Shown piece by piece: positions 1-9,315 of a DNA stretch of 64,000 nucleotides. Source of the DNA: a virus. The DNA lies in IMG/VR virus record IMGVR_UViG_3300033153_000868, positions 32,001-96,000 of that record; one strand, written 5' to 3'. Each line of letters opens with the position of its first letter. The first letter of the stretch is position 1. A program made the translations under genes and the position numbers. The notes beneath the pieces are model-generated. The model made no database searches. It was not told the origin of the DNA and saw only the letters and a program-made list of their open reading frames with translations.

Positions 1-1059
1 ATGGCAAATAAATCAGTATATCAAAAGTTTGATGCTGATGCTTTAAAATACTTTGGACTAGAAGCTGACCCTGTATATGGGTTGGTTTCTAGTACTAGTA
101 TTGTTGAAGTATTATGTTCACAAGATCAAACAACATATGAAAAAATAAACACTATACTAACGGTCCCTACAGAGGATGACCAAACTTTTAGAACCAAAAA
201 GAAAGCTTTTATACTACCAAAATGTAATGTATCACAGGATAGATTGAAAGCTGCTCTTAAAGAGCATGGTATAACTGTAACAAATGATTATGAAATAGCA
301 GATCTAATTGTAGGTCATGATGAAATATCAACTTATAAATTATCTAATGCTGAGAATATTCCTTCTACAGTAATGATGAATAAGATATGGAATTATGAGA
401 CTACAAAAGGAGATGTGAATGGACATGGTATTATTAAAAAGATAGGTGATTCAGGTTTGGAATGTATTATTACACCAAAGATCACAGATAATGTAAGATA
501 CTATGATATAGATATAGAAGATAGTTTGTATGATGTCTGGATGTTAACTGGTATGGCTATAAACTTGGCTCATATAATTGATACTACAGATGTTAGTGTT
601 ATTGATCCTGAGACAGTGCTTCATGCGTCTGCTACTAAAATGACTCTTGATGAACAGCTTCTTAGTGATCTTAAAACTCAGTTAAATTCATATGGTGATG
701 ATAAAGCTTTAGCTCTTAAAATTGTTCCTACTATTGACTATAAGAAAAACTATCATTTATTGTGGCAGTTTGCACAAGACTGTAGTAGCATAACATATGC
801 AGACAATAGAGATAAAGATTTGCAGTATTGGTTAGAAGCATCAAAGTTTAATGATTTTCATCGTAAAAGTGCACAAGACATGATACTATGGTTGGAGCAA
901 GAAGAGAAACTTGATACAACAACGTTTAGATATCTTGAGCCTATAGTAAGAAGAGAAATAAGCATTCATAACAGAGACCTTTATACATTTAAAGTAGCTG
1001 TTAAAAAAGAATATCAAAAATATTTAAAACATGAAAAAAAGAGTAAGATTAAACATTAA
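1..1059 (+). CDS. Hypothetical protein with BRCT-like N-terminal domain; paralogue of 1031..2182
   Basis: 352-aa ORF. KAFILPKCNVSQDRLKAALKEHGITVTNDYEIADLIVG resembles a BRCT core and aligns by eye with the next ORF. Confidence 0.5.
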   Translation: MANKSVYQKFDADALKYFGLEADPVYGLVSSTSIVEVLCSQDQTTYEKINTILTVPTEDDQTFRTKKKAFILPKCNVSQDRLKAALKEHGITVTNDYEIADLIVGHDEISTYKLSNAENIPSTVMMNKIWNYETTKGDVNGHGIIKKIGDSGLECIITPKITDNVRYYDIDIEDSLYDVWMLTGMAINLAHIIDTTDVSVIDPETVLHASATKMTLDEQLLSDLKTQLNSYGDDKALALKIVPTIDYKKNYHLLWQFAQDCSSITYADNRDKDLQYWLEASKFNDFHRKSAQDMILWLEQEEKLDTTTFRYLEPIVRREISIHNRDLYTFKVAVKKEYQKYLKHEKKSKIKH

Positions 1060-2182
1060 TATAAAATCATCTGCAATTGATGATAGCGGTAGATTAACAA
1101 AAGATGCTTTTGAATGGAATCATCTTGATGGTATGCATGTCTTTAGCAGCAATAACTGGGAAGTTAGGATGGAAGATCTAACTAAACTAGGTGTTGCTAA
1201 TTTAAAGAAAACAGTTGATTTACAAGATAAAAAGATCTATAGGTATCCTAAGTTAGATTTACCTAGACAGAAAGTTGACCTTTTGAAAGAAAAGTTTAAC
1301 TGCAAAGTTATCAGAGATGCTTCTAAAGCTGATATAAGTATAGTATCTATGAAGTTTTTTGATAAATTAGTTTCTAGAGAATGGAAATCATCTATTACAT
1401 ATGTAGAGTGCTATAAGATTTTAGCTGAATTAAAGAATATGGATTTGCTTTCTTCATCAGCTTTAGATGTTTTAAGAGACTTTATGTCTAATACAGATGT
1501 AAACTATAGAGTTAGTTTTAGCTATGGTTCAAACTGGAATGAAGCACAGACAGCTCAAACTGATAAAGTAAAACAAGTTATAGATCAGCTAGCATCACAA
1601 AATAATAAATCTGCTGATCACGGTCATGATTGGATATTACCTGTAGAAAACTATGAATTGTTTGATAAAATAACAAACTCATCTACTGAAATTATTGCAG
1701 ACACAAGTATATGTGCAATAATAGATGAAGACCTTGCTGTTTTAGAAAGTGAAAAATTTGATGAGGTAGAGAAGATGGTTACCAGTAGTGATATAGATAA
1801 TAGATCATTAGCTTTAGAGATGTTGGCTAATTCCAATATTGAAAAATCTTTTGATGTAGTATCTGGTATTTATTACTGGCACTATGATTGGCTTAAAGCT
1901 ACTACAAACTGGAATACAGTTAACGTTAAGGCTTTTAGAAAAAGAATGAAGGCTTATGAAGGAAACCATAATACTCAAGGTATTTACTCTTTTAATAAGT
2001 ATCTAAATCTTTTGGCTAAAGACAGAAAATTAACTAAATTTGCTGTGGATAGTACAAGAGAAAAGCTTCATACAACATTTCTAGCTAGTTTAGTAGGACC
2101 AAGTGCAGATGTATTTAAGGTTGACTTAGATTCTTTGTACATTAATGAAGAATTAACTAATAAAATTATTTCAGATGAATAG
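1031..2182 (+). CDS. Hypothetical protein with BRCT-like domain; paralogue of 1..1059
   Basis: 383-aa ORF. KIYRYPKLDLPRQKVDLLKEKFNCKVIRDASKADISIV and the C-terminal S.D.DNRSLALEML segment match ORF1. Confidence 0.5.
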   Translation: MKKRVRLNINIKSSAIDDSGRLTKDAFEWNHLDGMHVFSSNNWEVRMEDLTKLGVANLKKTVDLQDKKIYRYPKLDLPRQKVDLLKEKFNCKVIRDASKADISIVSMKFFDKLVSREWKSSITYVECYKILAELKNMDLLSSSALDVLRDFMSNTDVNYRVSFSYGSNWNEAQTAQTDKVKQVIDQLASQNNKSADHGHDWILPVENYELFDKITNSSTEIIADTSICAIIDEDLAVLESEKFDEVEKMVTSSDIDNRSLALEMLANSNIEKSFDVVSGIYYWHYDWLKATTNWNTVNVKAFRKRMKAYEGNHNTQGIYSFNKYLNLLAKDRKLTKFAVDSTREKLHTTFLASLVGPSADVFKVDLDSLYINEELTNKIISDE

Positions 2183-3164
2183 AAACATGGAAAGAGAAGA
2201 AGACTTTTATGCAGATAAAGATTTTGCATTTAGTTATTCTTCTCTTAACAAACTTTTATTTTCACCATCCTTGTTTTACAAGGACTATATTCTTAAACAA
2301 CGTGAGGTTAAAACAGATAAACATTTAGTAGAAGGTAAACTTGTACATTGTTTAGTGTTTGAACCTGAGAACTTAAACAAAAAGTTTAACATTGTACCCG
2401 GTAAAGCACCATCAGATAGTGTTAGAAAGGTCCTAAAAAATATGTCTTTATATACTGATGCAAAATTGTTATTTGATGTTCCATCTGAAATAGTATTGGA
2501 TTCACTCAAAGAAATGAATTTGTATCAATCTCTTAAAACAGATGAACAACGTATTGTAAAGATTATAAAAAAAGAGTTTGAACCTTATTGGGAATTCTTA
2601 TCTAATACTAATGTAGATGTTATTAATGAAGAGACACTATTAGATTGTACTGCTAAAGCTGAAGTTATAAAAGCTAATGAAGAGGTTATGAGTTTATTTA
2701 AAAATGAACAGACTGACTTTGATTTAGACCCAATAACTACATATGCAGAACAATATCTTGTTTCTGATCTAGATGGCTATCCGTTTAAATTACATGGATA
2801 TGTGGATTACTATACTGTTGACTCTGAGTCAAAGACAGTAACAATATGTGATCTTAAAACATCCGGTAAAACTGTTGATGTATTTGCAGAAAGCGTAGAC
2901 TTTTATAATTATTGGTTGCAAGCTGCTATTTATTCTAAAATGGTTTATGATTCTCTTGGAGATGATAGAGATGATTACACTATAGAATTTAAATTTATTG
3001 TGATTGATAAGTATAATCAAGTATATGTTTTTGATGTATCTCAAGAATCTATGGGCAATTGGGCTCAAGGTCTTGGCGGTGTATTAAAAACTGCAGGATA
3101 TCACTACAATGAGAGAAACTATTCATTACCTTATGAATTATTAGTGAAAAAGGTTAAATTATAG
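2175..3164 (+). CDS. PD-(D/E)XK exonuclease (RecE/ExoVIII, DUF3799-like)
   Basis: Motifs SYSSL, GKLVHCLVFEPE, HGYVD, DLKT, YWLQAAIY. Confidence 0.85.
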   Translation: MNRNMEREEDFYADKDFAFSYSSLNKLLFSPSLFYKDYILKQREVKTDKHLVEGKLVHCLVFEPENLNKKFNIVPGKAPSDSVRKVLKNMSLYTDAKLLFDVPSEIVLDSLKEMNLYQSLKTDEQRIVKIIKKEFEPYWEFLSNTNVDVINEETLLDCTAKAEVIKANEEVMSLFKNEQTDFDLDPITTYAEQYLVSDLDGYPFKLHGYVDYYTVDSESKTVTICDLKTSGKTVDVFAESVDFYNYWLQAAIYSKMVYDSLGDDRDDYTIEFKFIVIDKYNQVYVFDVSQESMGNWAQGLGGVLKTAGYHYNERNYSLPYELLVKKVKL

Positions 3165-3165
3165 T

Positions 3166-3744
3166 ATGGGCGTATATTTAGAATATTTTCAAAAAAGCAA
3201 AGTATTTCTTTATCCTTTACTAAAAATAAAGAAAGGCATTACCCGTGTACCAATACAAACGTATGTTGCATGGGATAATGTCTATTCTACTAATGATCTT
3301 AAGTTTTTGTGTGAATACAAAACTAAACAAACACCTAAGTTTAATAGTTTTGCTAAATCACATTTATTAAATCATTCTCTACTTGAAGAAGTAATAGAAT
3401 TAAATGAAAATACCCAACTCTTTATTTTTGATTTTAGTAAATTTAAATCTGACTACAATAAATTCCTTAAAGGAAAATATTCACAGTATAGTTTAGATAG
3501 TAAAATCAGTATAATTGATTTCTTTGGAACACAAGATAAAATTGGATCATATGTTGAAGGTTTTCTTACACCAGAAGGTGTGCATGATGAATATGCTGAA
3601 AGCCTTGGTGTAGATATTAAATCTATAGAAGATATATATGAAGTATGTACACCTCCTGATCTTGAAAAAGAAACTTTAATTGATAATAATCATGTTATTA
3701 ACCAATTATTAAAAAATAGTTCCATATATTTGACAAATAAATAA
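3166..3744 (+). CDS. Hypothetical phage protein
   Basis: 192-aa ORF starting 1 nt after the nuclease stop; no motif recognised. Confidence 0.7.
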   Translation: MGVYLEYFQKSKVFLYPLLKIKKGITRVPIQTYVAWDNVYSTNDLKFLCEYKTKQTPKFNSFAKSHLLNHSLLEEVIELNENTQLFIFDFSKFKSDYNKFLKGKYSQYSLDSKISIIDFFGTQDKIGSYVEGFLTPEGVHDEYAESLGVDIKSIEDIYEVCTPPDLEKETLIDNNHVINQLLKNSSIYLTNK

Positions 3745-3751
3745 AATAATT

Positions 3752-4171
3752 ATGGCAAACCAAATAGGACAAAATATGATGTTAGTAAATTCTAGTTTTA
3801 GAAATGCTAAATCATTTACTTTAATCCCAGTGAGTCAAGACTCACCATATGTAGAAGCTATGTTTGACCCAACGTCAGGCATTTTAGCTGTCATCAGTAA
3901 AGTGATGAAACAATCTTACCACATGGTACCTAAATTGGATGACAACGGTCAACCAATAAGATTAAAAACACCTAATCAACAGACAGGAAAAACTGTAAAA
4001 GAAGAAAGAAGATTAGTAGATACATTTTCTGAGTTTTATCTAAGTGATAGATCTGATATAGAAACATTTATTCATATGTTTGCAGTAAATGCAGATAATT
4101 TTAATATTGAAGAATTTTTTGTTGATTTACAAAAAACAGAACCATCTAAAATTATTCTTCCGGGTCAATAG
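3752..4171 (+). CDS. Hypothetical phage protein
   Basis: 139-aa ORF with an A-rich start context, followed by a terminator. Confidence 0.7.
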   Translation: MANQIGQNMMLVNSSFRNAKSFTLIPVSQDSPYVEAMFDPTSGILAVISKVMKQSYHMVPKLDDNGQPIRLKTPNQQTGKTVKEERRLVDTFSEFYLSDRSDIETFIHMFAVNADNFNIEEFFVDLQKTEPSKIILPGQ

Positions 4172-4207
4172 AATTCCCATACTATCCAACTCTATAATCC
4201 GGTACAG

Positions 4208-4235
4208 AAAAACCTCATTGAATTGGGGTTTTTTT
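4208..4235 (+). terminator. Rho-independent terminator
   Basis: aaaaacctca-ttgaat-tggggttttt stem with a T7 tract. Confidence 0.7.
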
Positions 4236-4253
4236 GGCTCTAATAAATTTTAA

Positions 4254-4586
4254 ATGGCTAAATTAACACAACAAGAAATAATGGATGTGAACATCCTATT
4301 TGCTATGACTAAGTGTATGGGAGAACTAGCACATAATCTACAGTATATACATACCCAACAAGTTAAACAGAGAATTAAACATGTAATTAAAACTGTTAAA
4401 TTGTATGAAAGGGAAATTGATAAACAACTAGAACGTGAAGGTTCTTCAGAAGCTATTGAAAGTATTTATGATGGTATTATGGAGTTAATTTATGAAGCTA
4501 GAGAAGTTGCACTTAAAAACTATAATGATGGAAACACTAATTCAAATGAGAGAAAGGCTGATGATATTAGCTCTCAAAAAACATAA
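4254..4586 (+). CDS. Hypothetical helical protein
   Basis: 110-aa ORF; its 3' end overlaps the HTH gene. Confidence 0.6.
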   Translation: MAKLTQQEIMDVNILFAMTKCMGELAHNLQYIHTQQVKQRIKHVIKTVKLYEREIDKQLEREGSSEAIESIYDGIMELIYEAREVALKNYNDGNTNSNERKADDISSQKT

Positions 4587-4674
4587 AACTGTAAAAAGTG
4601 CAGCTAAAGCTTTAGGTATTAGTGATAGAACTTTACATGCATTTAAAGATAAACTTAAAGATAGAAAAGAATGA
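4525..4674 (+). CDS. Small Fis-type helix-turn-helix DNA-binding protein
   Basis: LILALKKHKTVKSAAKALGISDRTLH is a Fis/HTH_8-like signature. Start is probably ATG 4525 or 4528 rather than 4492. ATGA overlap with polB. Confidence 0.7.
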   Translation: MMETLIQMRERLMILALKKHKTVKSAAKALGISDRTLHAFKDKLKDRKE

Positions 4675-6662
4675 AGCATTGGGTAATGGACTATGAGACT
4701 TTATCTAATTGTTTCACCGGGGTATTTGAACATTATAAGACTACAGAAACAAAAGTCTTTGTTATTCATGACCTGCGTAATGATTTAGATGAGTTCATTA
4801 GTTTCCTAGAAGAAAACTTTAATAATAAAGAGTGGCATATATCCTATAATGGATTGGCCTTTGATGCTCAAGTCACTCACTATATAATAGATAACCATAT
4901 AGATTGGTCAGATCTTAGTGGTTGTGAGATTGCTAGTATTATTTATAGATATGCCCAACGTTGTATTCAGAAATCTAACAATAAAGAATTCAGTGATTAT
5001 CCACAATGGAAGATGATAATTGGTCAAATAGACATATTTAAACTTCATCATTGGGATAATCCAGCCAAGCGTTCAAGTCTTAAATGGATTCAATATAGCA
5101 TGGATTGGGAAAACATCCTTGACATGCCTATTCATCATGAGACAGAGATAACTAAACAAGAAGAAATAGATACTATACTTGAATATTGTATTAATGATGT
5201 AAGATCTACTAAAGAAATTTATAATAGATCTAAGTCACAGGTTGGTTTAAGAAAAGAACTGACCCAGACTTATAACATTAATCTGTTTAGTGCTTCTGAG
5301 CCCCGTATCAGTAAAGAACTTTTTGGATTTTATTTATCAGAAAAACTTAATATACAAAAGAGGGACCTAAAACAAATGAGAACTCATAGAACTGTAATTA
5401 AAGTTGATGATATTATATTACCATACATCTCGTTTACATCTCCTGAGTTTAAAACATTACATGATAGGTTTAAATCTCTTGAGATAGATGCAACAAGATT
5501 AAAAGGTAGTTTTAAATATCATATTAATTACAAAGATGTGAAGACTCACTTTGGTTTAGGAGGTGCACACGGTGCTGCTGCTAAAGGAGTTTATGAAAGC
5601 TCAGATGATATGATCATTATGTCTTCGGATGTAACTAGTTTTTATCCTAATCTAGCTATTAAAAACAAGTGGTCTCCTGCGCATTTTCCAGTTGACCAGT
5701 TTTGTGATCAGTATGAGTGGTTCTTTGAGGAGCGTAAGAAGATACCTAAGAGCAATCCAATGAATTATGTATACAAGATTATACTTAATTCTACTTTTGG
5801 TCTTAGTAATGATGTAAACAGCTTCTTTTATGACCCTGAGTTGTGTATGAGAATTACAATTAACGGTCAACTAACGTTGATGATGTTGTATGAACAAATA
5901 ATGGAGCGTATACCGGGTGCTGTTGCTTTATTACAAAACACAGATGGTGTAGAAACTATTATACCTAGGGAGCACTATGATTTATATATGCAAATATGTG
6001 AAGAATGGGAAAATACTACAAGTTTAAACTTAGAACATGATGAATATCAAAAGCTTGTTTTATCTGATGTAAACAATTACATTGGTGTAAACAACTTTGT
6101 AAACGTTGACATTACTAAGTGGAGAGAAGTTAAACAAAGTCAGCCTCATTACTTATTTAAGGTTGAGAATGACAAGTTTAGCTTTGCGCCCGTTAAGCTT
6201 AAAGGTAGGTTTGACTTTCATAACCTGCAGTTGCATAAGAATAAGTCTAAGCTAGTGATCCCAAAGGCCATATATCAATACTTTGTTAATGATGTGCTGC
6301 CAGAAGATTACTTAGAAGAGAATAAAAATATTCTTGACTACTGTATAGGAGGTAAATCCAAAGGTGATTGGCAACAAGTAGCCCGCAGTATATTAAACGG
6401 TGCTTATAATGAAGAGTCATTGCAGAAAATCAATAGGTATTTTATATCTAAAGAAGGTGTAAAGATTATTAAAGTCAACAAGAATGATGGACGTGAGATA
6501 CAGTTAGAATCAGGTAGATGGTTGCAAACAGTCTTTAACAAGATGGAAGTTAAACCTAAATGGTCTGATTATAATATAGATAAGTTATATTATCTTCAAG
6601 CTATTGAATCTGAGATAAATAGTATACTCTCTGTAAAAACAAATCAATTAAAATTATTTTAA
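4671..6662 (+). CDS. polB: Family B DNA polymerase with 3'-5' exonuclease domain
   Basis: Exo motifs DYETL, YNGLAFD, YCINDV; polymerase motifs SDVTSFYPN, KIILNSTFG, NTDGV; C-terminal QLKLF. Confidence 0.92.
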   Translation: MKHWVMDYETLSNCFTGVFEHYKTTETKVFVIHDLRNDLDEFISFLEENFNNKEWHISYNGLAFDAQVTHYIIDNHIDWSDLSGCEIASIIYRYAQRCIQKSNNKEFSDYPQWKMIIGQIDIFKLHHWDNPAKRSSLKWIQYSMDWENILDMPIHHETEITKQEEIDTILEYCINDVRSTKEIYNRSKSQVGLRKELTQTYNINLFSASEPRISKELFGFYLSEKLNIQKRDLKQMRTHRTVIKVDDIILPYISFTSPEFKTLHDRFKSLEIDATRLKGSFKYHINYKDVKTHFGLGGAHGAAAKGVYESSDDMIIMSSDVTSFYPNLAIKNKWSPAHFPVDQFCDQYEWFFEERKKIPKSNPMNYVYKIILNSTFGLSNDVNSFFYDPELCMRITINGQLTLMMLYEQIMERIPGAVALLQNTDGVETIIPREHYDLYMQICEEWENTTSLNLEHDEYQKLVLSDVNNYIGVNNFVNVDITKWREVKQSQPHYLFKVENDKFSFAPVKLKGRFDFHNLQLHKNKSKLVIPKAIYQYFVNDVLPEDYLEENKNILDYCIGGKSKGDWQQVARSILNGAYNEESLQKINRYFISKEGVKIIKVNKNDGREIQLESGRWLQTVFNKMEVKPKWSDYNIDKLYYLQAIESEINSILSVKTNQLKLF

Positions 6663-6666
6663 ACAT

Positions 6667-7011
6667 ATGGATTATTTTGAATTAGAATGTGCAGTTGAAA
6701 GCTGGGCAGAAGAAAAAGGTATTTTAGAAAAAGCAACGCCAATGGCCCAAGCTTTAAAGACATTAGAAGAAACAACTGAGCTCTGCACGGCTATCAATGC
6801 TGATGACCGTGAAGAGATCATTGATGCTATGGGTGATATTATGGTCACCCTGATTATTCAGGCTAAGATGCAAAATGTATCTTTAGAGTATTGTCTTAAG
6901 TCAGCTTATAATGTAATTTCTAAACGTACCGGTAAAATGGTTAACGGTCAGTTTGTAAAAGATATAGATATTATATCTGGTACTGAGTCAGCTTACATAA
7001 AGAATGATTAA
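6667..7011 (+). CDS. mazG: MazG-like NTP pyrophosphohydrolase
   Basis: KTLEETTEL...EIIDAMGDIMVTL...AYNVISKRTGKMVNGQFVK, typical of single-domain phage MazG. Confidence 0.85.
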   Translation: MDYFELECAVESWAEEKGILEKATPMAQALKTLEETTELCTAINADDREEIIDAMGDIMVTLIIQAKMQNVSLEYCLKSAYNVISKRTGKMVNGQFVKDIDIISGTESAYIKND

Positions 7012-7837
7012 GGTACAAAGAACTAAGACCCTTGTAACTAAACCAAATAACAATAGTGCTAACTGCATAGCTCCCAATATTATCTACGGGTGTTTTGGCG
7101 GCTGTGTAGATACCTATTGTTATATGTCTAGGTATAATGGCAAAAGAGTCTTTGTTAATAAAAACGTTGACCAGATCTTCCAGTCTGTAGTTAATTGGGA
7201 AAAATCTTACTATAAAGAACCTGATCAACAAGACCCTATATATACTATGGTAGATGTAGCATGCAATTCAGATTTAGTTCTAATGCAAAAACATATGCCT
7301 GAACCTTTAATTGATTACCTTAAACGTTATGATGATCATCCTCAGCTTAATAGCACTATGGCCACTAAGTATCCGGGGTTGTTGAAGCTTGACGTAAAAA
7401 AGTTCAACAAACCTCCAAGAGTACGTGTAAGCCTTATGCCTCAGAAGTATTCTAATATATTAGAACCTAAGATGCAAAAGATAGAAAGTCGTATAGCTGA
7501 TGTTAACCGTCTAAAAGATTTAGGCTGGCAAGTTCATCTTAATTATAGCCCTTTAGTCTTTTATCCCGGTTGGAAAGAAGAGTATGATAAACTTTTTGCA
7601 CAGGTAAAAGAACAGGCAGGCATAAATAAATGTGAAGTTATTGCACTTACTAATCATACTAATCAAATGGCCAAGGCATCACCAGAAGCCCAGGACATGA
7701 TGAAGTATAGTTCAGAAGTAAAAAATCAAAGCGGTGTCATGAGATATCCTCTGATGCATAAAGGCCGGTTATTAAGAGAGTTTAAAGAGATATACAGTAA
7801 ATATTTTCCTTTAAATACAATAAGATATATATTTTAA
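7004..7837 (+). CDS. splB: Spore photoproduct lyase-like radical SAM protein
   Basis: GCFGGCVDTYCY cluster motif, ACNSD (cf. Bacillus SPL SCTSD), ATKY, RVRVSLMP, VHLNYSP, C-terminal IRYIF. Confidence 0.78.
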   Translation: MIKVQRTKTLVTKPNNNSANCIAPNIIYGCFGGCVDTYCYMSRYNGKRVFVNKNVDQIFQSVVNWEKSYYKEPDQQDPIYTMVDVACNSDLVLMQKHMPEPLIDYLKRYDDHPQLNSTMATKYPGLLKLDVKKFNKPPRVRVSLMPQKYSNILEPKMQKIESRIADVNRLKDLGWQVHLNYSPLVFYPGWKEEYDKLFAQVKEQAGINKCEVIALTNHTNQMAKASPEAQDMMKYSSEVKNQSGVMRYPLMHKGRLLREFKEIYSKYFPLNTIRYIF

Positions 7838-7868
7838 TTTGCTGTGTCAGATTAATTTATTATATTTA
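7838..7868 (+). promoter_or_regulatory. Bacteroidota sigma70-like promoter (-33/-7)
   Basis: TTTG (7838-7841), 19 nt, then TATATTTA (7861-7868); consensus is TTTG-N19-21-TAnnTTTG. Lies 20 nt upstream of ORF 7889. Confidence 0.55.
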
Positions 7869-7888
7869 CACTTTAAAAGTTTAATATT

Positions 7889-8770
7889 ATGGGACATAAA
7901 AAACCAACAGAGACCACAAGGTCTTATTTAGAGAATGCACCCTTACCCAATCATGGTAAGACATACACAGTTGTTACACACAAAGAGGTGATAGACAATA
8001 CGTTAACTTTACTCAAGAAGAGTGGGTTCACAGTTCAAAGGGAAATATACAGAGCAAATACTAATGCTACAATTGCACAAGGTATTTATCATATTTACCC
8101 TAGTAGAAGCGTTGATGAAGATATCATTAATGAAACTGAATTAGGGATGATGTTTGCCTGGACTAATTCATATAATAAACTTGTTAGATTCCAATGTGCT
8201 ATTGGGGCCTATGTTAAGGTTTGTTATAACGGTATGGTTGCTGGAGATATGATGAATTTCAAAAGAAAACATACTGGGACGGCAAATTTGGATTGCTCTA
8301 TAAATATAGCTGATCAAGTTAAAAATGCTGAGAAGTATTATAAACGTATCATCAAAGATAGAGACGCTATGAAGAATGTTATTCTTACTGAAAGACAACA
8401 AGCTGAATTAGTAGGTAGAATGTTTGTACAGGAAGAACTTATAGATTCTCAACAAACATCTATTATTAAGGCTGAGCTAGCTAAACCATCATTTCACTAT
8501 GGTACTGATGCTGAATCCTGCTGGACTTTTTATAATCATGTTACACATGCATTAAAGAAAGCACATCCACGCTACTGGCTGCAAGACAGTCAAAATTTTC
8601 ATGACTTTATTGTTGCAGAATGTTTAAATACATCTAAGCCAACCATAAAAAAAGAAGCTTTATTATCTGATAAAGTTATTGTAATGTCAGAATCAGTAGA
8701 AGAAGTGGTAGAAGTTGATGAAGATGTTACTGACACACAACTAATTGAAAATGTATTTCTAGATCAGTGA
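7889..8770 (+). CDS. DUF932/DUF945-family protein
   Basis: NSYNK...GAYVKVCYNGMV...RKHTG and WTFYNHVTHALK motifs; acidic tail. Confidence 0.75.
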   Translation: MGHKKPTETTRSYLENAPLPNHGKTYTVVTHKEVIDNTLTLLKKSGFTVQREIYRANTNATIAQGIYHIYPSRSVDEDIINETELGMMFAWTNSYNKLVRFQCAIGAYVKVCYNGMVAGDMMNFKRKHTGTANLDCSINIADQVKNAEKYYKRIIKDRDAMKNVILTERQQAELVGRMFVQEELIDSQQTSIIKAELAKPSFHYGTDAESCWTFYNHVTHALKKAHPRYWLQDSQNFHDFIVAECLNTSKPTIKKEALLSDKVIVMSESVEEVVEVDEDVTDTQLIENVFLDQ

Positions 8771-8841
8771 AGCTAATTGTTGCACTCATATTAGCTATAC
8801 TCTTTTTATACATTAGTAGTCAAAACAAAATGAATAAATAG
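8767..8841 (+). CDS. Putative 24-aa hydrophobic peptide (not in ORF track)
   Basis: GTG start overlaps the upstream TGA (GTGA); MKLIVALILAILFLYISSQNKMNK*. Confidence 0.4.
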   Translation: MKLIVALILAILFLYISSQNKMNK

Positions 8842-8897
8842 GAGATAACCAACCGGGGCCTGAGTTTTTGCATTCTTGGGCTCTGGCTCCTTATTTA
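8835..8897 (+). other. Intergenic RNA stem-loop with multiple G-U pairs
   Basis: ccggggcctgag (8853-8864) pairs with cttgggctctgg (8875-8886), 4 of 12 pairs G-U; outer stem taaataggag/ctccttattta. Confidence 0.55.
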
Positions 8898-8920
8898 CTC
8901 CCTTTACAAAAGAATAACAC

Positions 8921-9112
8921 ATGAAGAAATTTCTAGAATTTGCTTTGATATGGTACAGTCAACAGATGGCTATACCATTCTGGGTGATCGGACACGTACA
9001 TTTAAGCGTAAATACATATAAAGACTTGCATGAAATCATAGCTAGCCTAGGATTAAACGTACTCGTAGCTGTTGGTTTTATAATAGACTATCGTAAAAAT
9101 AAAGACAAATGA
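8921..9112 (+). CDS. Small membrane protein
   Basis: 63 aa with two hydrophobic stretches. Confidence 0.6.
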   Translation: MKKFLEFALIWYSQQMAIPFWVIGHVHLSVNTYKDLHEIIASLGLNVLVAVGFIIDYRKNKDK

Positions 9113-9315
9113 CAAATAAAGAAAGAAAAGAAAAAGAAAGATATGCCAAGGCCGGAGTAAACTTTATACCTTGTAGTGAAGATAGTCAGATTTATAGCTG
9201 GCAAAGAACAAATAGAAAAGCAACATCAGGTGCTGCAAATGGACCATGTGGTGCATATGAGGTTAGAAAGATTGAAGATGTAATGGCTGAAAGAAGAAAA
9301 AAGAAAAAGAAATGA
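9109..9315 (+). CDS. Small basic hypothetical protein
   Basis: 68 aa; ATGA overlaps on both sides. Confidence 0.6.
   Translation: MTNKERKEKERYAKAGVNFIPCSEDSQIYSWQRTNRKATSGAANGPCGAYEVRKIEDVMAERRKKKKK

Noticed and set aside
2175-3164. Cas4 assignment for the nuclease
   Set aside because: Lacks the four-Cys Fe-S ligands; fits RecE/ExoVIII-like PD-(D/E)XK better.
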